Shown piece by piece: positions 17,178-26,717 of a DNA stretch of 26,986 nucleotides. The notes beneath the pieces are model-generated. The model searched no databases and was not told where the DNA came from. It worked only from the letters and a program-made list of their open reading frames with translations. This DNA comes from a virus. Taxonomy: Duplodnaviria; Caudoviricetes. Each line of letters opens with the position of its first letter. Positions within the stretch are counted from its first letter, which is position 1. Made by a program: the position numbers and the translations under genes. The stretch covers positions 1 through 26,986 of the IMG/VR virus record IMGVR_UViG_3300030708_001843. The stretch is one strand, 5' to 3'.

Positions 17178-18805
17178 GAAAAAAACGAATACTCTTTTGT
17201 GGCGAAGCCACGTATCTTAACACTGGCTACGCAACCTATCTTCGTGAAGTTATGAAACGGCTTCATGCAACAAGTAAGTATGATTTAGCTGAGTTTGCAA
17301 GCTACGGAGAACTAAAAGACCCTAGATCAAAAACCATACCTTGGAAATTCTATGGTAATTTACCAGACGACGAAAGTCAGCAAGAGAGATATGATTCATT
17401 GCCAACCAATCAATTTGGTGAATGGAAATTTGAATCTGTCCTCTTGGACTTTCAGCCAGACATAGTATGTGATATACGAGATTTTTGGATGCTTGAACAT
17501 CAGGAAAGATCTCCCTATAGACCGTATTTTAATTGGGTTATTATGCCCACAGTTGATGCTGCACCTCAAAACGAACAATGGCTATCGACCTTTGAAAGTG
17601 CTGATGCTGTTTTTAGCTATTCTGACTGGGGGCATGAGGTTCTTGAGAATGAATCAAACGGAAACATTAAATGTTTAGGCTCTGCTCCACCATCCGCTGA
17701 TGCAGCATATGTTCCCGTAGAAGATAAATGCAAACACAAAGAAAGCATGGGCTTTGACCAAAACATTAAGTTTATTGGTACTGTCATGCGAAACCAAAGA
17801 AGAAAATTGTTTCCAGACCTCTTCGAGTCTTTTAGAAAATTTCTTGATGCAAGCGGTAGAAATGATGTTTGGCTTTACTGTCATACCAGCTTTCCAGATT
17901 TAGGATGGGACATACCAAAGCTATTACTAAGATATAATCTATCAAGCAAGGTTGTTTTTACCTACATTTGCAATAATTGTGGGCATACTTTTCCGTCTTT
18001 CTTTTCTGACGCAAGAAGAAAGTGTCAAGGCTGTGGTTCTTTTGCGGCGGGTCTAGCAAGCGTACAAAAAGGAGCGTCCTATGAATATCTTGCTAATATC
18101 ATGAACCTGTTTGATCTTTACATACAGTACGCTAATAGTGAGGGCTTTGGCCTTCCTCAAGTAGAAGCTGCTGGATGCGGAGTTCCTGTTATGAGTATTG
18201 ATTACTCAGCAATGTCCAGCGTTGTTAGAAAGCTCGGTGGAACACCTTTAAAATTAAAAACTATATATAACGAGTTGGAAACAGGTTGCAACAGAGCAGT
18301 TCCCGACAATGATTACACAGCAAAAAAAATAGAAGAGTTTTTCAACCTAAGCGACGAAGAACAAAAGAGCTTAGGAAAAAACTCAAGACTAAATTTTGAA
18401 AAGTATTATCAATGGGAAAAGACGGCTAAAAAATGGGAAGACTACTTTGACTCGGTTGAAATAAGACCGGACGAAGAAACTTGGAAATCTCCACCTCGAA
18501 TACACCAACCAGCCAACAATGTTCCAGCAGGATTGTCAGCGTCTCAATACGCAAGATGGTTAATCGTTAATGTGTTGGGTGAACCTGAAAAGCTAAACAC
18601 ATTTTTTGAATCAAGGCTAATAAGAGATTTGAATTATGGAATGTTTGTCATGGGTACAGGAGATTCTTATCTTAATGAAGATTCCTATAAATTTGTAAGA
18701 CCTCAATTTGAAAAGTTTGAAAAAGAAGATGCTTACAAAATGATGGTTAATATGTGCAACAAGCGAAATCGTTGGGAAGCCATAAGAAAAGAAAATATCA
18801 AATGA
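17174..18805 (+). CDS. GT-B (GT4-like) glycosyltransferase with zinc-ribbon insertion
   Basis: TGYA N-terminal motif, RNQRRK, SEGFGLPQVEAAGCGVP; internal CNNC...CQGC. Confidence 0.88.
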   Translation: MRKKRILFCGEATYLNTGYATYLREVMKRLHATSKYDLAEFASYGELKDPRSKTIPWKFYGNLPDDESQQERYDSLPTNQFGEWKFESVLLDFQPDIVCDIRDFWMLEHQERSPYRPYFNWVIMPTVDAAPQNEQWLSTFESADAVFSYSDWGHEVLENESNGNIKCLGSAPPSADAAYVPVEDKCKHKESMGFDQNIKFIGTVMRNQRRKLFPDLFESFRKFLDASGRNDVWLYCHTSFPDLGWDIPKLLLRYNLSSKVVFTYICNNCGHTFPSFFSDARRKCQGCGSFAAGLASVQKGASYEYLANIMNLFDLYIQYANSEGFGLPQVEAAGCGVPVMSIDYSAMSSVVRKLGGTPLKLKTIYNELETGCNRAVPDNDYTAKKIEEFFNLSDEEQKSLGKNSRLNFEKYYQWEKTAKKWEDYFDSVEIRPDEETWKSPPRIHQPANNVPAGLSASQYARWLIVNVLGEPEKLNTFFESRLIRDLNYGMFVMGTGDSYLNEDSYKFVRPQFEKFEKEDAYKMMVNMCNKRNRWEAIRKENIK

Positions 18806-19920
18806 AAGTTTTATATATAGGTTGTTACAGAGATGGCACTGGTTGGGGACAAGCCGCCACAGATTATATCCTAGCAATGGACGCTGCTGGTATTGATGTA
18901 GTGCCAAGACCAATCAAGTTAAATTCCAACCAAATAAAATTGCCAGCAAGACTGGAAGAACTAGAAAAAAAAGACAGCTCTGGATGTAATATTTGCATAC
19001 AGCACATTCTTCCACACTTAATGGACTATAGTAATAAATTCGATAAAAACATAGCCCTATACGCAACAGAGACAAGTAACTTTATTGATTCTGGATGGTC
19101 TAGAAATATAAATCTTATGGATGAAGCTTGGGTTATAAACAACCAAATGGTAAAAGCGTCCAAAGATAGCGGCGTAAAAATACCAATAAAGGTTGTACCA
19201 CACGCCTGCGATTTCAGTAAGTTCACTAGAAGCTATAAACCATTCGAGCTAGCATCCATAGAAGACACCTTTACCTTCTATACAATAGCCGACTTTAATA
19301 AAAGAAAAAACCTAGAGGCTTTTATAAAAGCTTTTCACACTGAATTTGATCCTTCAGAGCCAGTGTCCATAATGATTAAATCAAGCAAGTATGGACTAAC
19401 TGATGAAGAAACTGCAATAAAGATTAGAGACCTTTGCAATCAAGTAAAAGTAGGTCTTAAAAAATTCAAGAACCTAAGCGATTATAAAGAAGACTTTATA
19501 ATCACAAGTTTTATTAGTGATGAAGATATTTGCAGACTGCATAGCTTTGGGGATTGTTTTGTCATGCCTAGCTATGGAGAGGCTTGGTGTATACCGGCTT
19601 TTGATGCTATGGGCTTTGGAAATACTCCTATCTGTACGAATATTGGTGGAATGGCAGACTTCATAGGGGACGCTGGTTTTCTTGTTGAGGGGGTTATGGA
19701 ACCTGTTTGTGACATGCTTGACACTTTCCCAGCTTTGTTTACTGGCAACGAAGATTGGTGTTCAGTTAGCATACAAGGACTAAGAGAATGTATGCGACAC
19801 GCCTACGAGAACGGACACAAACTTAAGAAAATGAAAGAAACAGGACTAAAGCGAGCATATGAATACTCGCATGAGAATATTGGTAACTTAATAAAGGACT
19901 TGTTAAATGGCGCTAGTTAG
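18802..19920 (+). CDS. GT-B (GT4-like) glycosyltransferase
   Basis: TGWG, VVPH, RKN, PSYGEAWCIPAFDAMGFG (EX7E-like, second acid Asp); ATGA-coupled start at 18802. Confidence 0.88.
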   Translation: MKVLYIGCYRDGTGWGQAATDYILAMDAAGIDVVPRPIKLNSNQIKLPARLEELEKKDSSGCNICIQHILPHLMDYSNKFDKNIALYATETSNFIDSGWSRNINLMDEAWVINNQMVKASKDSGVKIPIKVVPHACDFSKFTRSYKPFELASIEDTFTFYTIADFNKRKNLEAFIKAFHTEFDPSEPVSIMIKSSKYGLTDEETAIKIRDLCNQVKVGLKKFKNLSDYKEDFIITSFISDEDICRLHSFGDCFVMPSYGEAWCIPAFDAMGFGNTPICTNIGGMADFIGDAGFLVEGVMEPVCDMLDTFPALFTGNEDWCSVSIQGLRECMRHAYENGHKLKKMKETGLKRAYEYSHENIGNLIKDLLNGAS

Positions 19921-20944
19921 TCCAATAACTCAAATAATTAGGGCATCCACAAGGAAGCCAGACGAGAAGTTAAATATTCTCACCTTCCCTACGCACGAAC
20001 GATATGAGACCATGCTTTCAAAGACTGGTCACAATTTCTATGCGTATCGTGCGGAAGGTATTAAAGATTGGAATGAGACCTACGCTAAAACACCAGATAA
20101 CTATGTGTTGCTAGATCCATCATTAGGGGATAGTCAAATCCCAGAATATATAGACTTCGATTTGGTTCTCTCACAAAACAAATTTGGTCAATATCAAAAA
20201 GCTAAACAGCTTGCACATCAATTACATCTTCCGTTGGTGAGTTTGGAGCATACGCTTCCAATGCCAGAGTGGGATGAAAATATCATGGGTCAAGTAAGAG
20301 AAATGAGAGGTGATGTAAATGTATTCATCTCGGAATACAGTATCAACGCTTGGGGTTGGCAAAACAGGCTCCAAAGCTTTCTTAACAACGATACGTTTGT
20401 TATTACTCATGGAATAGATACTGATTTATTTTGCTCAAAAGAAAACGAAAGAAGCGATGAAATATTATCAGTTGTTAACGACTGGATAAACAGAGATTGG
20501 TGTTGTGGTTTTCAGGTTTGGCAAGAAGTGATACAAGGACTACCTTACAAGGTGGTGGGCGACACTCCGGGTTTGTCTAAACCAGCGTCTTCAACAGAAG
20601 AGCTTGTCGCCACCTACCAAAACAGTCGGATATTTTTGAATACATCAACTATATCTCCGGTTCCAACAGCTTTGATGGAAGCAATGTCTTGTGGATGTGC
20701 AGTTGTTTCTACTGCTACCTGTATGATTCCAGAAGTCATCGAAAATGGAGTCAACGGCTTCATAACAAACAATGTTGGAGAAATGAAGCAGTATCTTGTA
20801 GATCTACTAAATGATGAAGATATGGCAAAAGAAATTGGCGAAAACGCAAGAAAAACTATAGTAGAAAAATACTCATCAGAACAGTTTGTTAAAAACTGGG
20901 ACACGCTACTAACAAACGCATCGAAAATAACATTTAAGGGATAA
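19907..20944 (+). CDS. GT-B (GT4-like) glycosyltransferase
   Basis: ITHGIDTDLF, PTALMEAMSCGCAVVST, EVIENGVNGF. Confidence 0.88.
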   Translation: MALVSPITQIIRASTRKPDEKLNILTFPTHERYETMLSKTGHNFYAYRAEGIKDWNETYAKTPDNYVLLDPSLGDSQIPEYIDFDLVLSQNKFGQYQKAKQLAHQLHLPLVSLEHTLPMPEWDENIMGQVREMRGDVNVFISEYSINAWGWQNRLQSFLNNDTFVITHGIDTDLFCSKENERSDEILSVVNDWINRDWCCGFQVWQEVIQGLPYKVVGDTPGLSKPASSTEELVATYQNSRIFLNTSTISPVPTALMEAMSCGCAVVSTATCMIPEVIENGVNGFITNNVGEMKQYLVDLLNDEDMAKEIGENARKTIVEKYSSEQFVKNWDTLLTNASKITFKG

Positions 20945-20945
20945 T

Positions 20946-21410
20946 ATGAAAATCAGAATTACAGTTGGAGACGACCAAAAACTTAGCGGATATACCAATA
21001 TAGATCCCATAACAAAGTTTGACGATCTATCGGTCGATATTCGTAATCTTGATGAAGTTGTTTCGGATGCTGAGTGTATGGAAATTCTTTCCGACGATGT
21101 AATAGACTATCTAGAAAAACAAGAGTCTATGCGGGTCATAAGCCACTGGGTTAAAAAATTGAGGCATGGTGGCAAAATAATAGTAACATCAATAGACGCA
21201 CATGAAGTTGCCAGATCGTTTTACAGAAAAGAAATTGATGTACAAACGTTTAATAAAGCCATTCACGGCAACTTTACTCAGCCTTGGGATGTAAGACTTA
21301 GCCAAACCACTTTGGAAGAATTATCTAGTTTTCTTGAGTCAAACGGTTTACAAGTCACTAAAAAAAGAATTAACGGCATTAAATTAGTAGTGGAGGCAGA
21401 AAGACCATGA
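20946..21410 (+). CDS. Class I SAM-dependent methyltransferase-like protein (degenerate motif I)
   Basis: GYTNID, DIRNL, KKLRHGGKIIV resemble small Methyltransf_11-like proteins, but the LGCG glycine motif reads VGDD. Confidence 0.6.
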   Translation: MKIRITVGDDQKLSGYTNIDPITKFDDLSVDIRNLDEVVSDAECMEILSDDVIDYLEKQESMRVISHWVKKLRHGGKIIVTSIDAHEVARSFYRKEIDVQTFNKAIHGNFTQPWDVRLSQTTLEELSSFLESNGLQVTKKRINGIKLVVEAERP

Positions 21411-22219
21411 ACAATCAATTAGACACAAATTTTGAGCAAGTAGAGCCTCAAAGACAAACCTTAACTACTTCCTGCAAGGATTGTATATTTGCTACTAAAG
21501 AAGACAAATTACAAACAGGATGCTCATTTGGAAGAATAGAAGCCTATTCCAATAGAGGTATTAATATTATAGAAGCGGAAGACTTAGAAGAAAATGAGTT
21601 TTTTGTGCTGGAGACTTGGTGTAATGCCTATAGAGAAGAGCTTTGGAAAACAGCTCATGAAGAAGAAGGAATAGAAGAAGCCCTAAGAAAAGAATTAGAC
21701 CCCAAAGTTCAGTTTATTATTGTAATTCAAAACAGCTTAGATGGTATAGAAAAAACCGTACAATCAGCCCTCAATCAAGAAGAGTTTACCCCTAAAAGGT
21801 TAGTATTTGTTAATAATAGTGATACATCTTATTTTGAAGTCATAACAAAAATTAACGAAATTGTCCCAGAGGGAACGGATTATAGAATTCAAGACATCAG
21901 AGGAGAACTCAGCGATCTTGAAGTCATCGACGAAGCTTTTAATAACATCTCAAATGGATACTATACAGTAATAGAATCTGGAAGAGAGCTTCCATCAGAT
22001 ATTATTAAAAAGATATACAATGCAATAAGTGTAAATATTCAAAAATTAGGATATATAAATCCTACAGATGGAATTAATTTAATGACAGCACAAGCTGTTA
22101 TTCATAAGTTTCTATATGGCAACAGAGGAGCTTCGTTAAAAACAAAAATTGAAGACGGCGAAGTTTCGGACAAGGTTAAAGAGGGAAATTCTCTAATCAG
22201 AAATTGGGATGAAATTTAA
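21407..22219 (+). CDS. Cys-rich N-domain fused to a degenerate GT-A (GT2-like) domain
   Basis: CKDC...C...C N-terminus; IEKTVQSALNQ...LVFVNNS resembles the GT2 start; no clear DxD. Confidence 0.5.
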   Translation: MNNQLDTNFEQVEPQRQTLTTSCKDCIFATKEDKLQTGCSFGRIEAYSNRGINIIEAEDLEENEFFVLETWCNAYREELWKTAHEEEGIEEALRKELDPKVQFIIVIQNSLDGIEKTVQSALNQEEFTPKRLVFVNNSDTSYFEVITKINEIVPEGTDYRIQDIRGELSDLEVIDEAFNNISNGYYTVIESGRELPSDIIKKIYNAISVNIQKLGYINPTDGINLMTAQAVIHKFLYGNRGASLKTKIEDGEVSDKVKEGNSLIRNWDEI

Positions 22220-23013
22220 TGTCACTACCAGAAGTTACTATATTAATAGCTAATTATAACGACGAAGACTATTTAGATATTGCTATAGAGAGCGCTATAA
22301 ACCAAGATTATCCCGGCCCATTAAACATATGTATTGTAGACGATGGTTCTACAGATGGATCTTGGGATATCATTGAAACCTACATTAAAAATCCAGCAAA
22401 GGATACCACCGAAAATAAGTTAGATGTAACATTCTCTCAAAATTCTGGTGGAAGATTTGGAGAAACTAATATATACGCTATCAAAAATAAAAATAGTGGG
22501 CCAAGCGAAGCTAGAAATGTTGGCATCAGATACATGATAGAACGTACAGATATATTTGCCATTTTGGACTCTGATGATGAAATGTATGAAAATAAACTAT
22601 CTGAATGTATCCCAATTTTTCAAAGAGGTGATGGCATGATTGGCGTGGTCTATGCAGACTATGACACATTACATGTCAACACAGGTAAAATTATCAGAGA
22701 ATATAAAGAGCCATTTAGTAGAAATAGGCTTACTCAAGAATGTATAGTCCATAGCGGATCTCTAATATCCAAAGAAGCTCTAGAAAAAGTTTATGAAGAA
22801 ACTGGATACTACGACAAAACAATGAGAACCTGTGAAGACTACGATCTTTGGATGCGAATAAGTGAAAAGTTTATTATAGCCCATGTCCCAAAAGCCTTAA
22901 CAAAAGTTAGGGTTACTGGAGACAACTCCTCTTTTATTGTTAATCAAGAGATTTGGCAAAAAAACTGGAGAAGAGTTATGGAAAAAATGCAAGCAAGAAT
23001 AAATGCCAAATAG
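22219..23013 (+). CDS. GT2-family glycosyltransferase
   Basis: ILIANYN, AIESAINQDY, VDDGSTD, NSGPSEARNVG, LDSDD (DxD), EDYDLWMR. Confidence 0.93.
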   Translation: MSLPEVTILIANYNDEDYLDIAIESAINQDYPGPLNICIVDDGSTDGSWDIIETYIKNPAKDTTENKLDVTFSQNSGGRFGETNIYAIKNKNSGPSEARNVGIRYMIERTDIFAILDSDDEMYENKLSECIPIFQRGDGMIGVVYADYDTLHVNTGKIIREYKEPFSRNRLTQECIVHSGSLISKEALEKVYEETGYYDKTMRTCEDYDLWMRISEKFIIAHVPKALTKVRVTGDNSSFIVNQEIWQKNWRRVMEKMQARINAK

Positions 23014-23710
23014 GTTTACGACAACGGTAAGAAAGATAGGGGCTGGAACAGTCCCAGAAAAACCGCTAACAGTGATAATACCTGTAGCCGGTATGGGTCA
23101 TAGAATGAAATCTTATGGCCCAAAATGCTTGCTGCCTGCAAATAAAAAAGAAACGATATTAGAGAAGATAATTTCCAATATCGAAAGAGAGTATCCATAT
23201 TGTGATATTATTGTGGTTGCTGGGTTTGAATCAGACAAAGTAATCAAAACTCTTCCGCATAAAGTTAGGGTTGTTGAAAATTATAATTATGAATCAACCA
23301 ACATTGCTGAGAGTATCAGAATTGGAATAAATGCCGCATCAAATAAAGATCTTCTTATTGTTTATGGCGACTTGGTATTTAATGTTTATTCCATAAGAAA
23401 CATTACATCAGACGGGCCATGTGCTGTTGTAGACTCTAAGGAAAGATTTAAAGAAGATGAAGTTGGCGTAACGGTGGTTGATGAAAATATTACCAACTTT
23501 GCTTACGGTCTTCCAAAGAAGTGGTCACAAATAGCCTACTTTGAGGGGAGATCTTTTGACATTCTAAAAGAGTTATGCTCAGACAAAAGAAAAAGCAAGC
23601 TATATCCTTTTGAGCTATTCAATATAATTATTAATAGCGGTATAGCAATGAAAGCAAAAGAGCCATCCGGTATGCTAATAAAAGAGATTGATTCATTGAA
23701 GGATTTGTAA
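23003..23710 (+). CDS. NTP transferase (LicC-like sugar/choline-phosphate nucleotidyltransferase)
   Basis: IIPVAGMGHRM...PKCLL, YGDL, terminal EIDSLKDL. Confidence 0.8.
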   Translation: MPNRFTTTVRKIGAGTVPEKPLTVIIPVAGMGHRMKSYGPKCLLPANKKETILEKIISNIEREYPYCDIIVVAGFESDKVIKTLPHKVRVVENYNYESTNIAESIRIGINAASNKDLLIVYGDLVFNVYSIRNITSDGPCAVVDSKERFKEDEVGVTVVDENITNFAYGLPKKWSQIAYFEGRSFDILKELCSDKRKSKLYPFELFNIIINSGIAMKAKEPSGMLIKEIDSLKDL

Positions 23711-23714
23711 GACT

Positions 23715-24764
23715 ATGAAAATTCTAATAAGTAGCGACGGATTTCATGCCCATTATCACATAAGAATGTCTTGGGCTAAAGTATTTTCTGCGATGGGTCA
23801 TCAAGTAGAGCTATGGCACAAAGACGAAAAGCCAGCCTTTGATGCTTTCGATGAATTTGAGCCAGACTTGTTCATGGGGCAAACCTACAATATCACAGAG
23901 GCTCTGTGTAAGTGCATCAAGCAAAGACCTCACATGAAAGTTGTAATGCGAGGGTCTGATTGGGGAGATATTCAAAAAGATATAGATCTTGAAAAATACC
24001 CAATTTTAGTAGCACAGGAAGAAGAAAAAAGATTAATTGAAAAACTAAAGAAGGAAACCGGAAGACCAGATTTCGTTCATAATCACTATCACGATAATTG
24101 GATTAAAGTAACGCATAATAAGTGGCAGGACATCGGCATTAAGCCCGTTTCCTTAATACATGGAGCCGATATATTCGACTTCTACATTCAACCACCAGTG
24201 GAGTCTCTCAAGTGCGACATTGGATTCGTTGGTGGTTATTGGCCTTACAAGGCGATTAATCTCGATAAGTATTTAGTTAGCCTTTGTCATCCAGTAGGCG
24301 ATTACAACATAAAAATCTTTGGTGGTTCAGACTGGCCTGTTGTGCAGTACATGGGTCGCATAGATTCTAAAAACGTTGGAGCTTTGTTCTCGTCTGCTAC
24401 AATTTCTCCAAACATCAGCGAACCACACTCTCAGGACTTTGGATACGATATTATCGAAAGGCCATTTAAAATTCTAATGAGTGGTGGCTTTTGTATTTCT
24501 GATTACGTTGAATCAATGGCTAATGATGTATTCACGAACGACGAAATAGTTTTTGCTAAAACCCCAAAAGAATTTAAGCAGCTTGTAGATCATTACATTC
24601 AAAATCCAGACAAGAGAATTGAACATATTCAGGCGGGTTATAACTCTGTTGTTCAGCACCATACATATTTTCATAGGGTTGCTAAAATCTTTTCTGAACT
24701 AGGGATGCAGTCAGAAGCTGACAAGTGCATGGAAACCATGAAACAGTTTTTCGTTGAGGAATAA
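23715..24764 (+). CDS. CgeB-like / Glyco_trans_1_2 glycosyltransferase
   Basis: CDIGFVGG, ISPNI, ERPFKILMSGGFCISD, HTYFHRV pattern. Confidence 0.8.
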   Translation: MKILISSDGFHAHYHIRMSWAKVFSAMGHQVELWHKDEKPAFDAFDEFEPDLFMGQTYNITEALCKCIKQRPHMKVVMRGSDWGDIQKDIDLEKYPILVAQEEEKRLIEKLKKETGRPDFVHNHYHDNWIKVTHNKWQDIGIKPVSLIHGADIFDFYIQPPVESLKCDIGFVGGYWPYKAINLDKYLVSLCHPVGDYNIKIFGGSDWPVVQYMGRIDSKNVGALFSSATISPNISEPHSQDFGYDIIERPFKILMSGGFCISDYVESMANDVFTNDEIVFAKTPKEFKQLVDHYIQNPDKRIEHIQAGYNSVVQHHTYFHRVAKIFSELGMQSEADKCMETMKQFFVEE

Positions 24765-24765
24765 A

Positions 24766-25704
24766 ATGACCGTACTTGTAACAGGTGCTAATGGTTTTGT
24801 AGGAAGAAACCTTATACAGTCTCTTCATATTAATAGAAGAACCTTCGGCAATATTATTAATGTTAGCAGAAGACCATTCACCTCTCCCTTTCTTGATAAA
24901 TCCTATAAGTGCGACTTAGGGTTTTCTGATCAGGAAGATAATCGTTTCTATGCGCTTAGAAACATTATGAAAGAACATAAGCCTGAATACATATTTCATC
25001 TTGCTAGTAAAGCTACAGTTAAGATGACAGGTAATGAACCTTTTCAGATTCTGCAAGATAACATATTAAGCACTCAAAAAATCTGTCAATGGGCGCCGAA
25101 AGGCGCAAGGGTAGTTCTAGCATCTACTGTTATTGTGTATGGAGACTGGATGTTTGAACAAGAATCTTCAAGACCATATACGGAAGAGGATCGAACAGAA
25201 CCAACTTCAATCTATGGAATGACAAAGCGGGCTTCCGAAGGAATTCTTAATTACTACACCAGTACGGGACAGATAAAAGGAGTCTCGGCTCGTATGTGTG
25301 CGACCGTTGGGCGTGGGTTAACCCACGGGGTTGTTTATGATTTTATTAGGAAGATATTAAATAACCCTACTTTAGAAGCGTTGGGAAGCAAACCGGGATC
25401 TACTAAACCTTATTGCTACATAGAAGACTTGAAAAGCGCTTTAATACTTTTAGCGATGAAGGACTCTGCTGAAGGGGCGTATAACATAGTTCCAGATGAC
25501 GCAATAAACATTGAGCAAGTAGCCAAAGCCGTCATGAGCGGACTTGACGTTTACAAAAACATAGACTGGCTTGGTGACGGAGCGAACTGGAAGGGCGATA
25601 ACAAGTTAATAAGCGTGTCAAATGACAAGCTAAAAAGCATTGGTTGGACACCCAAATATAGCTCTAAAGAAGCAATATTTGAAGCCGTAAGGAGCATGTC
25701 GTGA
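24766..25704 (+). CDS. NAD-dependent nucleotide-sugar epimerase/dehydratase (extended SDR)
   Basis: VLVTGANGFVG, FHLAS, STVIVYG, YGMTK catalytic YxxxK; RBS GAGGA before the ATG at 24766. Confidence 0.92.
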   Translation: MTVLVTGANGFVGRNLIQSLHINRRTFGNIINVSRRPFTSPFLDKSYKCDLGFSDQEDNRFYALRNIMKEHKPEYIFHLASKATVKMTGNEPFQILQDNILSTQKICQWAPKGARVVLASTVIVYGDWMFEQESSRPYTEEDRTEPTSIYGMTKRASEGILNYYTSTGQIKGVSARMCATVGRGLTHGVVYDFIRKILNNPTLEALGSKPGSTKPYCYIEDLKSALILLAMKDSAEGAYNIVPDDAINIEQVAKAVMSGLDVYKNIDWLGDGANWKGDNKLISVSNDKLKSIGWTPKYSSKEAIFEAVRSMS

Positions 25705-26717
25705 AAATACTCTTTCACCCAATAATGCCTTTGAACTTAAAAGACCCAGAACATGTTTCAGATTACCAATCCGATATGGTTTTTCATGGCCTAGTTAAAA
25801 AATTAGGTACAGGTGTTCATACCTATCACAATCTTTGGTGGCATCACAAAAAAGCCAAAGAAGAAAACGAACACGACTTTTCTAAAATCTGGGGTAAAGG
25901 CTTTACCATATACGGCCTCCTCGAAGAAGAGGAGTATCAGACCTTAGAAATGAACGAAAGGCACTCCAATTATGATGCGATTGTTTTGCCAATACATTGG
26001 ACTCACACGAGTCAGCACCGATATATCATCACACTTTTAAAAAATCTCCTGTCAAATGGCTATGAGAAAAAGCAGCTAATTGTAGTAGATGGTTGGGATA
26101 GAGATTTCATACATCCTGAAATTTCTAAAAATTGCACATATTACAAAAGAGAGATGGCAGACGAACAAGAGGAATACGCCAAGCCCATCTCGTTTGCATT
26201 TCCAGAAGAGAAAATTAGACCAATAGACGATTCAAAAAGAGAAATTCCTTTTGCCCCGTTAATACCTGTCAATCAATCAATTGATCCTTCATATATGTCA
26301 ACATATCAGTACGACACAGAACAAGACTACTATGATATGTATCAAACCGCTTATTTTTCATATACATCTAAGAAGGGTGGCTGGGATACTTTACGCCACT
26401 ACGAAATCATAGCAAATGGCTCCATTCCATTCTTTGTTGATATTGAGCATTGTCCTAAAAATATATTATGGAATCTCCCAAAAGAAAGACTGCTTCAGGC
26501 TAGAAACTGTTTAGGTGGAATACCAAACTTAAAAGAGGGCGATTGGAACGGACAGTCATTGCCGCACTGTGGTGTAATAGTTAAAAACTCTCCCGGCAGT
26601 ATAGGAGAATCTTTTAATTTAAAGCTTTGGGAACACTATAGAGACAGTTTGTATTCTTGGCTTAAAAGAGAGGGAACTACAACCGCTTTAGCTGAATATA
26701 TACTAAAGGAAGTTTGA
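25701..26717 (+). CDS. Putative glycosyltransferase-like protein (GT-B C-terminal motif)
   Basis: YYDMYQTAYFSYT-KKGGWDTLRHYEIIANGSIPFF resembles the RxxE...GxIP donor-binding motif; cluster context supports it. Confidence 0.55.
   Translation: MKILFHPIMPLNLKDPEHVSDYQSDMVFHGLVKKLGTGVHTYHNLWWHHKKAKEENEHDFSKIWGKGFTIYGLLEEEEYQTLEMNERHSNYDAIVLPIHWTHTSQHRYIITLLKNLLSNGYEKKQLIVVDGWDRDFIHPEISKNCTYYKREMADEQEEYAKPISFAFPEEKIRPIDDSKREIPFAPLIPVNQSIDPSYMSTYQYDTEQDYYDMYQTAYFSYTSKKGGWDTLRHYEIIANGSIPFFVDIEHCPKNILWNLPKERLLQARNCLGGIPNLKEGDWNGQSLPHCGVIVKNSPGSIGESFNLKLWEHYRDSLYSWLKREGTTTALAEYILKEV

Noticed and set aside
394-23198. Minus-strand and nested alternative-frame ORFs in the ORF track (e.g. 394-831, 5160-5471, 14546-14935, 15138-15500)
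   Set aside because: They lie on top of well-supported + strand genes and show no recognisable motifs; they are likely shadow ORFs.
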